DNA of 64,000 nt from an uncultured delta proteobacterium (GCA_963823335.1 CAWGLD010000004.1:256001-320000); one strand, 5' to 3'. Positions 49,901 to 58,485 are shown, counted from the stretch's first letter. Translations and numbers: made by a program. Notes: generated from the letters alone by a model not told the origin.

Positions 49901-50382
49901 TGAATGTGCTTCAGAACCATTCTGAGTGGTGCCGGCTGCGCTGTTTCCTGCCCAACCGACCTGTCTGTCCCTTCTGCTTTCCGGCTTTCAGGCGCCAGTT
50001 TGGCAAGATTCAAAATGCCCTGCTCATCGATCAGGGCATTGACCCCGGGTTTGTCCAGGCGGACGGTTTTGAACACCAGGGCCCAGCGGAACAGGCTGCT
50101 CAATTCGAAATCGAGGAAGCATTGCCTGAAGCCGGCGATAAATGTGCCGTCCTGCTCATGGAGACCCACATCGTCGGCCTGAAAACTGAACAGGAACGGA
50201 TTGATTTTCACCTTTTCCAGGCGAAGTTCCCGGTGCAGTTTTTCCGCCACCATGCCCGGCGCATAGCGGGTTACCAGGTACGGTGCCAAAAAAAAGCCCG
50301 ACAGGGTATAGAGTATCAGCACTGCCACCAGTGTTATCACGATCTTGCTGTGAATAATCTTTTGAAAAACCGTCATATTCAT
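46948..50382 (-). CDS. DUF748 (AsmA-like) large periplasmic protein
   Basis: N-terminal anchor YTLSGFFLAP, repeated G.LNLA motifs, LTPYSGKF, AVSLPL.LAIA.L.D and an OmpA-like tail. Confidence 0.88.
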   Translation of the reverse strand: MNMTVFQKIIHSKIVITLVAVLILYTLSGFFLAPYLVTRYAPGMVAEKLHRELRLEKVKINPFLFSFQADDVGLHEQDGTFIAGFRQCFLDFELSSLFRWALVFKTVRLDKPGVNALIDEQGILNLAKLAPESRKAEGTDRSVGQETAQPAPLRMVLKHIQITEGELIYTDQRQSVPATIAVRPLNLELHDISTLPDRVGPYSLTATTPEKASFEWTGEITLHPFRSSGRLSFSDIHLAKVWQFFRDSAAIDNPEGKFDLHTAYEIDLGQAEPSIRLNNLEFILAELVMQIPGDDLPLLELSRLEIKAPLVDVTRQTVDVQKILFEGGKTAVTIDGDGHLNWSRFAAGSKADDSAPAPPQAPDPGTDASQENPWEIKVSGVELRDIKFQYQDQSRMPMLHAGVTDMDGTFQLALVSGRAGTDLQVTEVSFGLNDIQIGNPDTPDPEISIEKWLLKGGSYDLGRNALAIESIHFQNGDIDVSREKDGRLNLAGLFLGERTDTEKTPGSSGNTGESSFQYLIRAVELANFGVFFSDRTVKQEGEILHLDNLHVAASNIDGKSQMPVDLSFDIREGGHFAVQGRIDPAEPSVMADLDISALALSPFEAYLKSQASLNVASGTISTRGQFAYQEKENQPKIQFRGGFDVADLQILEAGSKKTLLGWKHFLTSDLTFQLQPDRLEVTDLKLSGLDGQFIILEDGSLNLANAFKHEDVEPAKKEVEDAPKVEGSAFPVYIHKLQVADGGLLFADYSLRSKFTVKIHQLDGAITGMSTEPGARARVKLDGRVDAYGISKIDGEISIFDPTVYTDMSVLFRNLEMASLTPYSGKFVGRRIDSGKLSSESKYFVENGKIKGDNQIIVERIKLGKKIDSPDAVSLPLNLAIAILEDADGIIDIALPVRGDLADPKFRYGQLIWGAFTNLINKIAASPFRALGALLGVDTEKLDVIEFEDGFAELLPPEVEKLANLAKALEKRPKLKLLVQGRYSEKKDGKALKAMQLKKYIAERQGVTLIPGEAPGALDFGNPAIQSVLEAVFTERYGKERLGEIKTAAEQTPAKTGEQAAASTQEVKISDPAALWKTLYRQMVVDEPLPESALIQLGQSRSLAIVLEMIEIRGVSEDRIDVKKPKALKPGKSAQAKLELEILQ

Positions 50383-50516
50383 TTTCCCTCGAAAAAAAAC
50401 TGTTTATCAATGGTATTCTTGTGGTTATTATTATCTGATGAGACGTTATGGAATAATATGAAGCGTTGGGTCGTATGTCAATCCGATAGCGGTTTAAAGA
50501 AAGGAAGCACAGCCAT

Positions 50517-51089
50517 ATGAAACCACGATGCCCCTGGGCAGGCAAAGAGCCCCTGATGGTGGCGTACCATGACCGGGAATGGGGTGTGCCCCTGCATGAT
50601 GAAAAAAAGCTGTTTGAATTCCTCTGTCTGGAGGGGGCCCAGGCTGGTCTGAGCTGGTCCACCGTTCTGAATAAACGGGCGGCCTATTGTTTGGCATTCG
50701 ACGGATTCGATCCCGACCTGGTGGCTGGCTACGACGAGCCCAGGATCCAGGTGCTGTTGCAAAACCAGGGAATTATCCGCAACAATCTCAAGATCCGAGC
50801 CTTTGTCACCAATGCCAATCGATTTCTGGGGATCCAGTCGGAATTTGGCAGTTTCGACACCTATGTCTGGGCATTTGTGAATCACCGCCCCATTCAGAAC
50901 CGCTGGAAACGCTTGGACCAGATACCTGCCACAAGCCCTGAATCTGTCACCATGAGCAAGGATATGCGTCGGCGGGGATTCAAATTCGTCGGGCCCACCA
51001 TCTGCTACGCATTGATGCAGGCCATCGGCATGGTCAATGACCACATTGTCGATTGCTTTCGTCACCAAGAAGCGAACACCCTTCTGTAA
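50517..51089 (+). CDS. tag: DNA-3-methyladenine glycosylase I
   Basis: RCPW, YHDREWG, LEGAQAGLSW, GFKFVGPT and NDH..C. Confidence 0.95.
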   Translation: MKPRCPWAGKEPLMVAYHDREWGVPLHDEKKLFEFLCLEGAQAGLSWSTVLNKRAAYCLAFDGFDPDLVAGYDEPRIQVLLQNQGIIRNNLKIRAFVTNANRFLGIQSEFGSFDTYVWAFVNHRPIQNRWKRLDQIPATSPESVTMSKDMRRRGFKFVGPTICYALMQAIGMVNDHIVDCFRHQEANTLL

Positions 51090-51100
51090 TTCATCATTTA

Positions 51101-51266
51101 TTGAAGAACCTCGCAGCAAGCTACGAGGAATGTTCTGTCGTGCGACAGTGCTTCGCAGCGACCGTAAGGAATTCTGTCTAATATAGATTCGCTCGCTAAC
51201 CCCGCAGCATGCGAAGCACTGCCGAACGGCAGAACCTACGGGGAATGCGCTCGCTTTTTCGGTTCA
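51101..51266 (+). repeat. Repeat family A, longest form (166 bp)
   Basis: All modules present; the TGCGAAGCACTG..CAGAAC module occurs twice, in opposite orientations. Confidence 0.9.
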
Positions 51267-51342
51267 ACTATTCGTTATTACGATAGTTATTAAATGGGCA
51301 ACCCCTTATTGAACCCATTGTTTATGCTATGAATAAAAAGAC

Positions 51343-51404
51343 TTGACATGGACACCGATCCATCATATTGAATTTTGTATTCAAAATACAAAATTCAATA
51401 TGAT
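51343..51404 (+). promoter_or_regulatory. TTGACA followed by a perfect 20-bp inverted repeat (probable GntR operator)
   Basis: ATCATATTGAATTTTGTATT-CAA-AATACAAAATTCAATATGAT (51362-51404). Confidence 0.7.
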
Positions 51405-51472
51405 TCGAAATCCCTTTTTACTCAGTATGTGCGGCACACTCATTTTCAATCAATTTTCAAGGGAACCCAGTC

Positions 51473-52117
51473 ATGCCGAACATCGGTGCAGAACACGAAA
51501 ACCTGGATCAGAAAGTCTACCTGACACTGAGAAACATGATCACGGAAAGAAAGCTGTTACCCGGGCAGAAAATTCCCCAGGAAAAGCTGGCGCATGATCT
51601 GGGTATCAGCCGGACACCGTTGATCAGTGCTCTGAAATTTCTCGAAAAAGAAAAAGTGGTCGAATCAAAGCCCCGCCGGGGTTTTTTTGTGCGCCTCTTT
51701 GAACTGCAGGAACTGATCAACATTTTCGAACTCCGTGAAGTCTTGGAGGGCCTGGCTGCACGTCGCGCTGCCACGCGGATCACCCCTCAACAAATGAAAA
51801 CACTGCAAACATTTTTCACCAGGTTTCGCCAGAGTCAAGATATTCATGATTACAAAGCCTATGCTCAGGAAGATCGGAAATTCCATATTTTCATTGCTGA
51901 AATCGGTTCAAAAGAATTTCTGAAGAGCATTCTGGAAACCTACAATATTATCATCTACAGCTATCAACTGATCAACTCAGAAGGATTGGTTAGGTCTCCG
52001 AATGAGACTGTTCATGAGCATTTCGCCATTATCGACGCCATTCGAAACGGCGACGCTGAAAATGCCGAAAAGCACATGCGTATGCACTTCAGAAAATCCA
52101 TTTTGAAGCTTAGGTAA
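51473..52117 (+). CDS. GntR-family (FCD) transcriptional regulator
   Basis: LAHDLGISRTP HTH; FCD domain with DRKFH and EHFAII. Confidence 0.92.
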   Translation: MPNIGAEHENLDQKVYLTLRNMITERKLLPGQKIPQEKLAHDLGISRTPLISALKFLEKEKVVESKPRRGFFVRLFELQELINIFELREVLEGLAARRAATRITPQQMKTLQTFFTRFRQSQDIHDYKAYAQEDRKFHIFIAEIGSKEFLKSILETYNIIIYSYQLINSEGLVRSPNETVHEHFAIIDAIRNGDAENAEKHMRMHFRKSILKLR

Positions 52118-52232
52118 TACATGTGAACAACGGAAGGGGGGATAAAAACAACCATGGTTGCGCAGCAGTGCCTGGTATCTTCCAATGAAGCGCTTCATTA
52201 ACACGAACATTCAAACAAGGGAGGAATTGGAA

Positions 52233-52685
52233 ATGAAAAAATTTTTTATCATCAGCCTTATTGCTTTTCTGGCCGTCACCACCAGTGTGTACGCCGCAGG
52301 AAAAAATTTTCCCAAACGGAACATCACCAATGCCGTCGTCTGGGGCGCCGGGGGCGGCACAGATACATGCAACCGAATAATTACAGCTGAAATGGCCAAT
52401 ATTCTGGGGGTCAACATCAATGTCATCAATAAAACCGGCGGTGTCGCCGGGTCCGTCGGGATGAGCTATGCTTACAGCCAGCCGCACGACGGTTACACGC
52501 TGTGTGGTTTGTCCGAATCAAATGTCACGGCCGGCGTACAGGGTGGTTGGGACAAAAAATTCGATGTCTGGGACACTTTTATCGTAGGCGGATCCCCGGA
52601 TGTCATCTCTGTCACACCAGACACACCGTATAAAACCCTCACGGATCTTATCGAAGCCGCAAAAAAGAGGAGGATCTGTAAATGA
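52233..52685 (+). pseudogene. Truncated tripartite tricarboxylate transporter substrate-binding protein (TctC/Bug)
   Basis: Signal peptide, FP.RNI..VVWGAGGGTD and DGYTL; ends after LIEAAKK at about 150 aa, roughly half the family length. Confidence 0.8.
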
Positions 52686-53821
52686 ATTCCCTGGAAATGC
52701 GAACGGTCAATGCATCGGGTCATAAGCGGGTACTGGTCACCAAGGAATTGCCTGGTCAGCGATGGGTGGACATCTTGACGGCAGCCGACTGCCGGGTAGA
52801 AATCATGACATCCAGCGATGTATTGAGTGTCAGGCACATCAAAAATGCCCTGGGATCACATTGCGACGGAGCCATTGGGCAGTTGACCGAGGACTGGGGT
52901 GACGATTTGTTCGCCGCGCTTAAGGCTGCCGGCGGAAAAGCCTACAGCAATTATGCCGTGGGTTTCAACAACATCGATGTGGCCGCCGCAACGCGGCATA
53001 AAATACCCGTCGGCAATACACCCGGTGTTCTCACCGAGACAACGGCCGAAATGGCGGTGGCCCTGACCTTTGCCGCCGCCCGCCGGACCGGGGAAGCCGA
53101 ACGGTTCATGCGTGCAGGCAATTACAAGGGCTGGCTGCCGGATCTTTTCACCGGTCACCTGCTCTGGCGAAAGACCGTGGGCATTGTCGGAGCCGGAAGG
53201 ATTGGCGAGGCCTATGCGCACATGATGGTGGAAGGGCACAAAATGAACGTTATTTACTACGACCTCCATGCAAACCAGGGTCTTGAAACGTTCATTGCCG
53301 ACTACAGCCGTTTTCTGAACACCCAGGGGCAGCCAGAGGTTACCTGCAGACGTGCGCAAAACCTTGAGGACCTTTTGTTGGAGGCAGATTGCATCAGCAT
53401 CCATACCATCCTGGACGATTCAACCCATCATCTCTTCAATGCAAAGCGTCTGGGAAAAATGAAAAAGGACGCCATTCTCATCAACACCAGCCGCGGACCC
53501 GTCATCGACGAGTCGGCTCTGGTTGACCACTGCAGGGCAAATCCCGATTTTCGGGCCGGTCTGGATGTCTTTGAAGATGAACCGGCCATGAAGCCAGGGT
53601 TGGCAGACCTGGACAATGTGGTTGTGGTACCCCATATCGCTTCGGCAACGCGCTGGACAAGGGAGGGAATGGCAATACTGGCCGCCTGCAATGTGGCGGG
53701 TATTTTATTGGGATATCCACTGTGGCAAAAATCCGATATTTTACCCTTTCTGGAAAACGAACCGCCCAAGGCGATCCCCAGCATCGTCAATTCAGAAGTC
53801 CTGGTGACAAAAAAAGCTTGA
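52682..53821 (+). CDS. D-glycerate dehydrogenase/hydroxypyruvate reductase, plant HPR1-like
   Basis: GAGRIG, NTSRG, LDVFEDEP and PHIAS, plus IGQLTEDWG and MMVEGHKMN segments. Confidence 0.9.
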   Translation: MNSLEMRTVNASGHKRVLVTKELPGQRWVDILTAADCRVEIMTSSDVLSVRHIKNALGSHCDGAIGQLTEDWGDDLFAALKAAGGKAYSNYAVGFNNIDVAAATRHKIPVGNTPGVLTETTAEMAVALTFAAARRTGEAERFMRAGNYKGWLPDLFTGHLLWRKTVGIVGAGRIGEAYAHMMVEGHKMNVIYYDLHANQGLETFIADYSRFLNTQGQPEVTCRRAQNLEDLLLEADCISIHTILDDSTHHLFNAKRLGKMKKDAILINTSRGPVIDESALVDHCRANPDFRAGLDVFEDEPAMKPGLADLDNVVVVPHIASATRWTREGMAILAACNVAGILLGYPLWQKSDILPFLENEPPKAIPSIVNSEVLVTKKA

Positions 53822-53893
53822 GTCTTTGGCACAAGCATAATAAGAGTATAGTCAAACAACAGACTGAAGTCTGCATAGCATCGCTATGCGATG

Positions 53894-53917
53894 TTATGGA
53901 TCGCGACCTTGTCGCGT
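53894..53917 (+). repeat. Repeat family B, divergent copy
   Basis: TTATGGATCGCGACCTTGTCGCGT. Confidence 0.55.
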
Positions 53918-53958
53918 TATGTCAATACTAACAAAACAATAGAAGCCATTAATAGACG

Positions 53959-53990
53959 ACCACGAAGGTGTCATTTCGTGGTTTTTTTTT
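53959..53990 (+). terminator. Intrinsic terminator
   Basis: ACCACGAA/TTCGTGGT stem followed by a long T-tract. Confidence 0.8.
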
Positions 53991-54054
53991 AAGACCCAAG
54001 ATGAGCGATTGTCGAGATTTCCGTAGATGCGGTAAGATCGGAAAACCTACGGAT

Positions 54055-54196
54055 TTGAAGAACCTCGCAGCAAGTTACGAGGAATGTTCTGTCGTGCGAC
54101 AGTGCTTCGCAGCGACCGTAAGGAATTCTGTCTAATTTTGATTCGCTCGCTAACCCCGCAGCAAGCTACGGGGAATGCGCTCGCTGTTGCGGTTCA
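54055..54196 (+). repeat. Repeat family A, long form (142 bp)
   Basis: Nearly identical to 51101-51266 but with the simple CCCCGCAGCAAGCTACGGGG hairpin. Confidence 0.9.
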
Positions 54197-54240
54197 AATT
54201 TTAAGAATTGAAACGCTCGTCTTAGGTGAGAGGCGGACAT

Positions 54241-54846
54241 ATGCATATTTCTGAAGGTGTCTTGAATGCGCCGGTGCTGCTTACGGGCGCCGTACTGGCC
54301 ATCACAGGCACCGCCGTCGGATTGAGGCAGATGGACTATGACCGCGTTGCCCATGTGGGTGTTCTCTCGGCGGCCTTTTTCGTGGCCTCCCTGATCCATG
54401 TCAATGTGGGTCCATCCAGCACACACCTGATTCTGAATGGCCTTCTCGGCCTGTTACTCGGATGGGCGGCATTCCCTGCAATCTTGGTGGCGCTGATTCT
54501 GCAATCGATTTTTTTTCAGTTCGGGGGCATCACCACCCTGGGCATCAATACGATACTGATGGCGTTGCCGGCAGTCATTTGTTATTATGCTTTCAGAAAA
54601 CTGATCCATCGATCGGCGACGCTTGCAATGATCGGATCCTTTTCCTGCGGTTTTGTTTCGGTACTGCTGTCCGCACTTCTTCTGGGGCTTGCCCTGGTAT
54701 TCACGGAAAAGAATTTCTGGTCCCTGTCAGGGATCATCGTGGCGGCCAATTTGCCGGTAATGGTCATCGAAGGCATTGTCACGGTTTTCTGCGTGGCATT
54801 CTTGAAGAAAGTACACCCGCAAATGTTAAACAGGGATATTTCATGA
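54241..54846 (+). CDS. cbiM: Co/Ni ECF transporter substrate-specific component
   Basis: Diagnostic MHISEG N-terminus; STHL and QFGGITTLG. Confidence 0.92.
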   Translation: MHISEGVLNAPVLLTGAVLAITGTAVGLRQMDYDRVAHVGVLSAAFFVASLIHVNVGPSSTHLILNGLLGLLLGWAAFPAILVALILQSIFFQFGGITTLGINTILMALPAVICYYAFRKLIHRSATLAMIGSFSCGFVSVLLSALLLGLALVFTEKNFWSLSGIIVAANLPVMVIEGIVTVFCVAFLKKVHPQMLNRDIS

Positions 54847-55535
54847 TCGACACGGCAAAAAAATTGAAACATGCCCTGCACCAGGATCTCGGCCTGTGCA
54901 GTCGCGTCGCTGGAGGGTGTCTTTTTCTTCTGATCTGCATGGTTTTCTTGAATGTTTCCCCTGCCCTGGCACACAGGGTAAGTATTTTTGCCTGGGTACA
55001 GGGCAATACCGTTCACACCCAAAGCAAATTCATGGGAGGCAAACGGCCTGAGCAGGCACTGATCGAAGTTTTCGACGACGCCGGAAACCTGCTGCTGAAT
55101 GGCAAAACCGACACGCAGGGGCTTTTCAGTTTTCAGGCGCCCAAAATATCAGACATGCAGATTGTGCTGACGGCAGGAACCGGGCATCGTGCGGTCTGGG
55201 CACTTTCCAGGGAAGATTTCCGGGAAACCGTCGTAGACTCCACTGACAATCAGCCATTGACTGCCGTGCCTCCAGGAAAGTCCGATGATTCAGGTCCCAG
55301 AACGTCCAAAACCCATCCATCCCCTGAAAACGGATTGACGGCGGCGGAGGTGACCGCTCTGGTTGAATCCACCCTGGATCGAAAATTGAAACCGCTCATG
55401 GACAGGATTGCCGCCTTGAATGAAAAACGGATCTCATTGTCCGATATCCTCGGCGGTATCGGATATATCGTCGGTCTTGTGGGGCTTGCCGCGTACATGC
55501 AGTATCGTCGGAAAAGGAGTGACACCCAGAGATGA
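54843..55535 (+). CDS. cbiL: CbiL/NikL-type accessory component
   Basis: Signal ending ALA-H, HRVSIFAW, GKTD.QG.FSF, AG.GH and C-terminal DILGGIGYI; ATGA overlap with cbiM. Confidence 0.8.
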   Translation: MIDTAKKLKHALHQDLGLCSRVAGGCLFLLICMVFLNVSPALAHRVSIFAWVQGNTVHTQSKFMGGKRPEQALIEVFDDAGNLLLNGKTDTQGLFSFQAPKISDMQIVLTAGTGHRAVWALSREDFRETVVDSTDNQPLTAVPPGKSDDSGPRTSKTHPSPENGLTAAEVTALVESTLDRKLKPLMDRIAALNEKRISLSDILGGIGYIVGLVGLAAYMQYRRKRSDTQR

Positions 55536-56299
55536 GACCGGAAGTTTTTGCCGTCGGAAAATCCGTCATCCATTCCATTGACCCAAGAAGCAAGGTGGTA
55601 CTGGCATTGACCTATTCCTTGGTGATCGCTCTGTCGAGCAGCTTTGTCGTTCTGTTGTCCGGTCTGGTCACTTCGCTGATACTGGTGATGGTTGCCCGTC
55701 TGGATGCACGGGAGATACTCAAGCGGCTGGCGGTCCTGCTGGGGTTCCTTCTGCTGATATGGATACTCATGCCGCTGACGTACCCGGGTGCAACCCTTTT
55801 CAGGATGGGCCCTCTTGGTTTCAGTGGCCCCGGAGTGCTTCTCGCGGCACAAATCAGCCTGAAATCAAGCGCTATCCTGCTGTCTCTCATGGCGCTTCTG
55901 GCAACCATGTCCATCGCGGTCATGGGACATGCACTGGGATGTCTCGGCATACCGGACAAGCTTGTGTACCTGCTGCTGATAACCTATCGGTATGTTTTTG
56001 TCATGGAGCAGGAATACCGGCGTTTGCTCCGTGCCATGAAAATAAGAGCGTTCAGGCCGGGAACCAACCTTCATTCCTACCAGTCCTATGCCTATCTGGT
56101 GGGTATGCTGTTCGTCCACGCCTCGGCACGGGCAGACCGGGTTTCCCAAGCCATGAAATGCCGTGGGTTTACCGGCAGATTCCACTCTCTCTGGCAGTTT
56201 GAACCGGATCCACGCAATCGGCTTTTTGCTGTCATCATGTCCCTGATCATTATTTCAATGGCAACGGTTGAATTATGGATTCAGATAACAAACTCATAA
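55532..56299 (+). CDS. cbiQ: ECF transmembrane (T) component
   Basis: IHSIDPR.K, TYRY and AMKCRGF. Confidence 0.92.
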   Translation: MRPEVFAVGKSVIHSIDPRSKVVLALTYSLVIALSSSFVVLLSGLVTSLILVMVARLDAREILKRLAVLLGFLLLIWILMPLTYPGATLFRMGPLGFSGPGVLLAAQISLKSSAILLSLMALLATMSIAVMGHALGCLGIPDKLVYLLLITYRYVFVMEQEYRRLLRAMKIRAFRPGTNLHSYQSYAYLVGMLFVHASARADRVSQAMKCRGFTGRFHSLWQFEPDPRNRLFAVIMSLIIISMATVELWIQITNS

Positions 56300-57003
56300 A
56301 ACTCAAAGGCGTTTCATACCAGTATCCCGGCGGGAAAACCGTCCTGGACCAGATCGATTTCAAGTTCGCCAGAGGTGACCGGATCGGTCTGGTGGCACCC
56401 AATGGAAGCGGAAAGACAACCCTGTTCCATGTCATCATGGGGCTTTTGAAACCGTCCAGCGGCACCATCGAGATTTTTGGGAAAGTGCGACAGAAAGAAA
56501 AAGACTTTGCCCCCATCCGTCATCGCATCGGCCTGCTCTTCCAGGACGCAGACGATCAGCTGTTTTCCCCTACCGTCATAGAAGACGTTGCTTTCGGCCC
56601 GTTGAACCTGGGAAAATCTAAGCAGGAAGCCCTGGACATCTCCAGGAAAACTCTCGATTATCTGGGTCTGAATGATTTCGAAAACCGGATTACCTTCAAG
56701 CTCTCCGGCGGAGAAAAGCGCCTGGTATCCCTGGCGACGATTCTGGCCATGCAACCGGAAGTGCTTCTTCTGGACGAGCCCACCAATGCGCTGGACACGT
56801 CCATGAAATCACGACTGATCAAGATACTCCAGGGGCTCGATCTGTCCTATATTCTGATTTCTCACGAATTCGACGTGCTGTCTGAAACAACCCATGCGTT
56901 TTACAGCATGGAAGACGGCAAGCTCTTCAGGGATGACCGCGTGCACCTGCATACGCATCAGCACTCCCACAAAATCGGCAGACAGCCGCACAAACATGTT
57001 TAG
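56275..57003 (+). CDS. cbiO: ECF ATPase
   Basis: PNGSGKT, FQDADDQLF, LSGGEK and LLDEP; His-rich tail. Confidence 0.92.
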   Translation: MDSDNKLIKLKGVSYQYPGGKTVLDQIDFKFARGDRIGLVAPNGSGKTTLFHVIMGLLKPSSGTIEIFGKVRQKEKDFAPIRHRIGLLFQDADDQLFSPTVIEDVAFGPLNLGKSKQEALDISRKTLDYLGLNDFENRITFKLSGGEKRLVSLATILAMQPEVLLLDEPTNALDTSMKSRLIKILQGLDLSYILISHEFDVLSETTHAFYSMEDGKLFRDDRVHLHTHQHSHKIGRQPHKHV

Positions 57004-57021
57004 GCCAGGTGGACTCGAAAA

Positions 57022-57160
57022 ATGGCTAAATTTATTTACTCCTTTGGAATTATTCTGCTGGGCCTCTTGTTGGGGTATGGCCAACTCCTGCTGGTTTTTC
57101 ACAACAGCCCTGTTGGTCATCGTTCTCCCTGTATTGTTGGCCATCATCAACCTGTTTTAA
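57022..57160 (+). pseudogene. Internally deleted membrane transporter (probably AEC family): N- and C-terminal stubs in different frames
   Basis: MAKFIYSFGIILLGLLLGY is joined near 57078 to ANSCWFFTTALLVIVLPVLLAIINLF*. Confidence 0.55.
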
Positions 57161-57175
57161 CAGCGAGGTAGTGGG

Positions 57176-58222
57176 ATGAATCACCATATCGAAGAATTAT
57201 GTCAGATTCTAAAACAAAACCAGCCGGTTGTCATGGCAACCGTGCTGGCTCACCAAGGCTCTACACCCAGAAGTGCGGGTTCCAGAATGCTGGTTCTACC
57301 CGGCGGCGAAATCATCGGCACCATCGGGGGTGGCAAAGTGGAAGCCGAAGTCATGCAGACCGCATCTGCACTGTTTGACACCGAAATATCACAGATTCGA
57401 TCCTTTGATTTGCGTACAAGACCGGATCTGGACGATCTCGATGTCATCTGTGGCGGACAGATGACAATACTCATAGAATACCTCCAGGCAACAACGGAAA
57501 ATATCGATATTTTTCAAAAACTGCACATCACCCTCAAACAGGGCCAAAACAGCTTTATGATTGCCTCGCTGGAACAGACATCCGGCAGTGTTCGTGTGGG
57601 CAAACGGTGTCACATACAAAAGAGTGGAAAAATTTCCGACAACTGTCCCTATCCTGAAACCCATCTGCAGGAACTTGCAGCTCAAGCCAGAGGGACATGC
57701 ATACCGGCTGTGCTGCCGGCAGGCGATCAGAAATATCTCATCGAGCCTTATACCCTGAACGGAACCGTCTTCATCTTCGGTGCCGGCCATGTGGCCAAAC
57801 AGGTTGCGGTTATCAGCAAGATGGTCGGTTTCACAACCATGGTCCTGGATGACAGAAAGGAATTCGCCAACCCGGACAGATTTCCAGATACCGATCAGCT
57901 CATGGTTCTGGACACATTTGAAGACGCCCTGCAGGGACTCAGCATGGACACCGACAGTTACATTGTCATTCTCACCAGGGGACATCGCCATGACCAGACG
58001 GTTTTGGCACAGGCCCTTAAAACCGATGCAGGGTATATCGGCATGATCGGCAGTCGCAAAAAAAGGGATATCATATACCGCAATCTCCTGGATGACGGCT
58101 TCACCCCAAAAGATATCGACCGGGTGCACAGCCCCATTGGCATTGGTATCCAGGCTGAAACCCCGGAGGAGATCGGTGTGAGTATTGTGGCGGAACTGAT
58201 ATTGGAGAGAGCGAAAAGATAG
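57176..58222 (+). CDS. xdhC: XdhC/CoxI-family molybdoenzyme maturation factor
   Basis: GSTPR, GTIGGG, ICGG, FGAGHV, TRGH, GMIGS and PIG..I.AETPEEI. Confidence 0.9.
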   Translation: MNHHIEELCQILKQNQPVVMATVLAHQGSTPRSAGSRMLVLPGGEIIGTIGGGKVEAEVMQTASALFDTEISQIRSFDLRTRPDLDDLDVICGGQMTILIEYLQATTENIDIFQKLHITLKQGQNSFMIASLEQTSGSVRVGKRCHIQKSGKISDNCPYPETHLQELAAQARGTCIPAVLPAGDQKYLIEPYTLNGTVFIFGAGHVAKQVAVISKMVGFTTMVLDDRKEFANPDRFPDTDQLMVLDTFEDALQGLSMDTDSYIVILTRGHRHDQTVLAQALKTDAGYIGMIGSRKKRDIIYRNLLDDGFTPKDIDRVHSPIGIGIQAETPEEIGVSIVAELILERAKR

Positions 58223-58436
58223 GCGTGGAGGGGAAAAGAGCAGGGTTGGAGGGGTGGAGGGTTCAGGGTTGCCACTTCCAGCAGAACCTAACACCTAAAA
58301 CCTGATACGATTTTGTTTTCCCTTCGGTCCTGGGTATGCTGGAATGTTGGGATGCTTGGAAGCTGGAATGCCGCTATCCGCCTACAGCTGTTAGCAACCC
58401 TCAAACCCTTGTATCACCCTCGGACCCTTAAACCCT
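58223..58436. repeat. Stacked and nested short-period arrays
   Basis: AGGG-type left arm (about 58241-58269), ACCTAA heptamers, GGAATG-type octamers and an ACCCT element at 58397-58436. Confidence 0.7.
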
Positions 58437-58485
58437 ATTATAATGCCTTGGAAAAGCACCTAAAAGATATAAGGATCGACAAAAC

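Noticed and set aside
51101-54196. Family A or the heptamer arrays as a CRISPR array
   Set aside because: There is no regular repeat-spacer periodicity, the copies are dispersed and no cas genes are present.
53822-54240. Cobalamin riboswitch or NikR box upstream of cbiM
   Set aside because: No B12-box or GGGAA/GCCACTG core and no clear NikR palindrome; the region is filled by a terminator and repeat families A and B.
54462-54842. N-terminal extension of the 357-aa ORF 54462-55535
   Set aside because: It overlaps cbiM out of frame. The real start is most likely the ATG at 54843, which is coupled to the cbiM stop.
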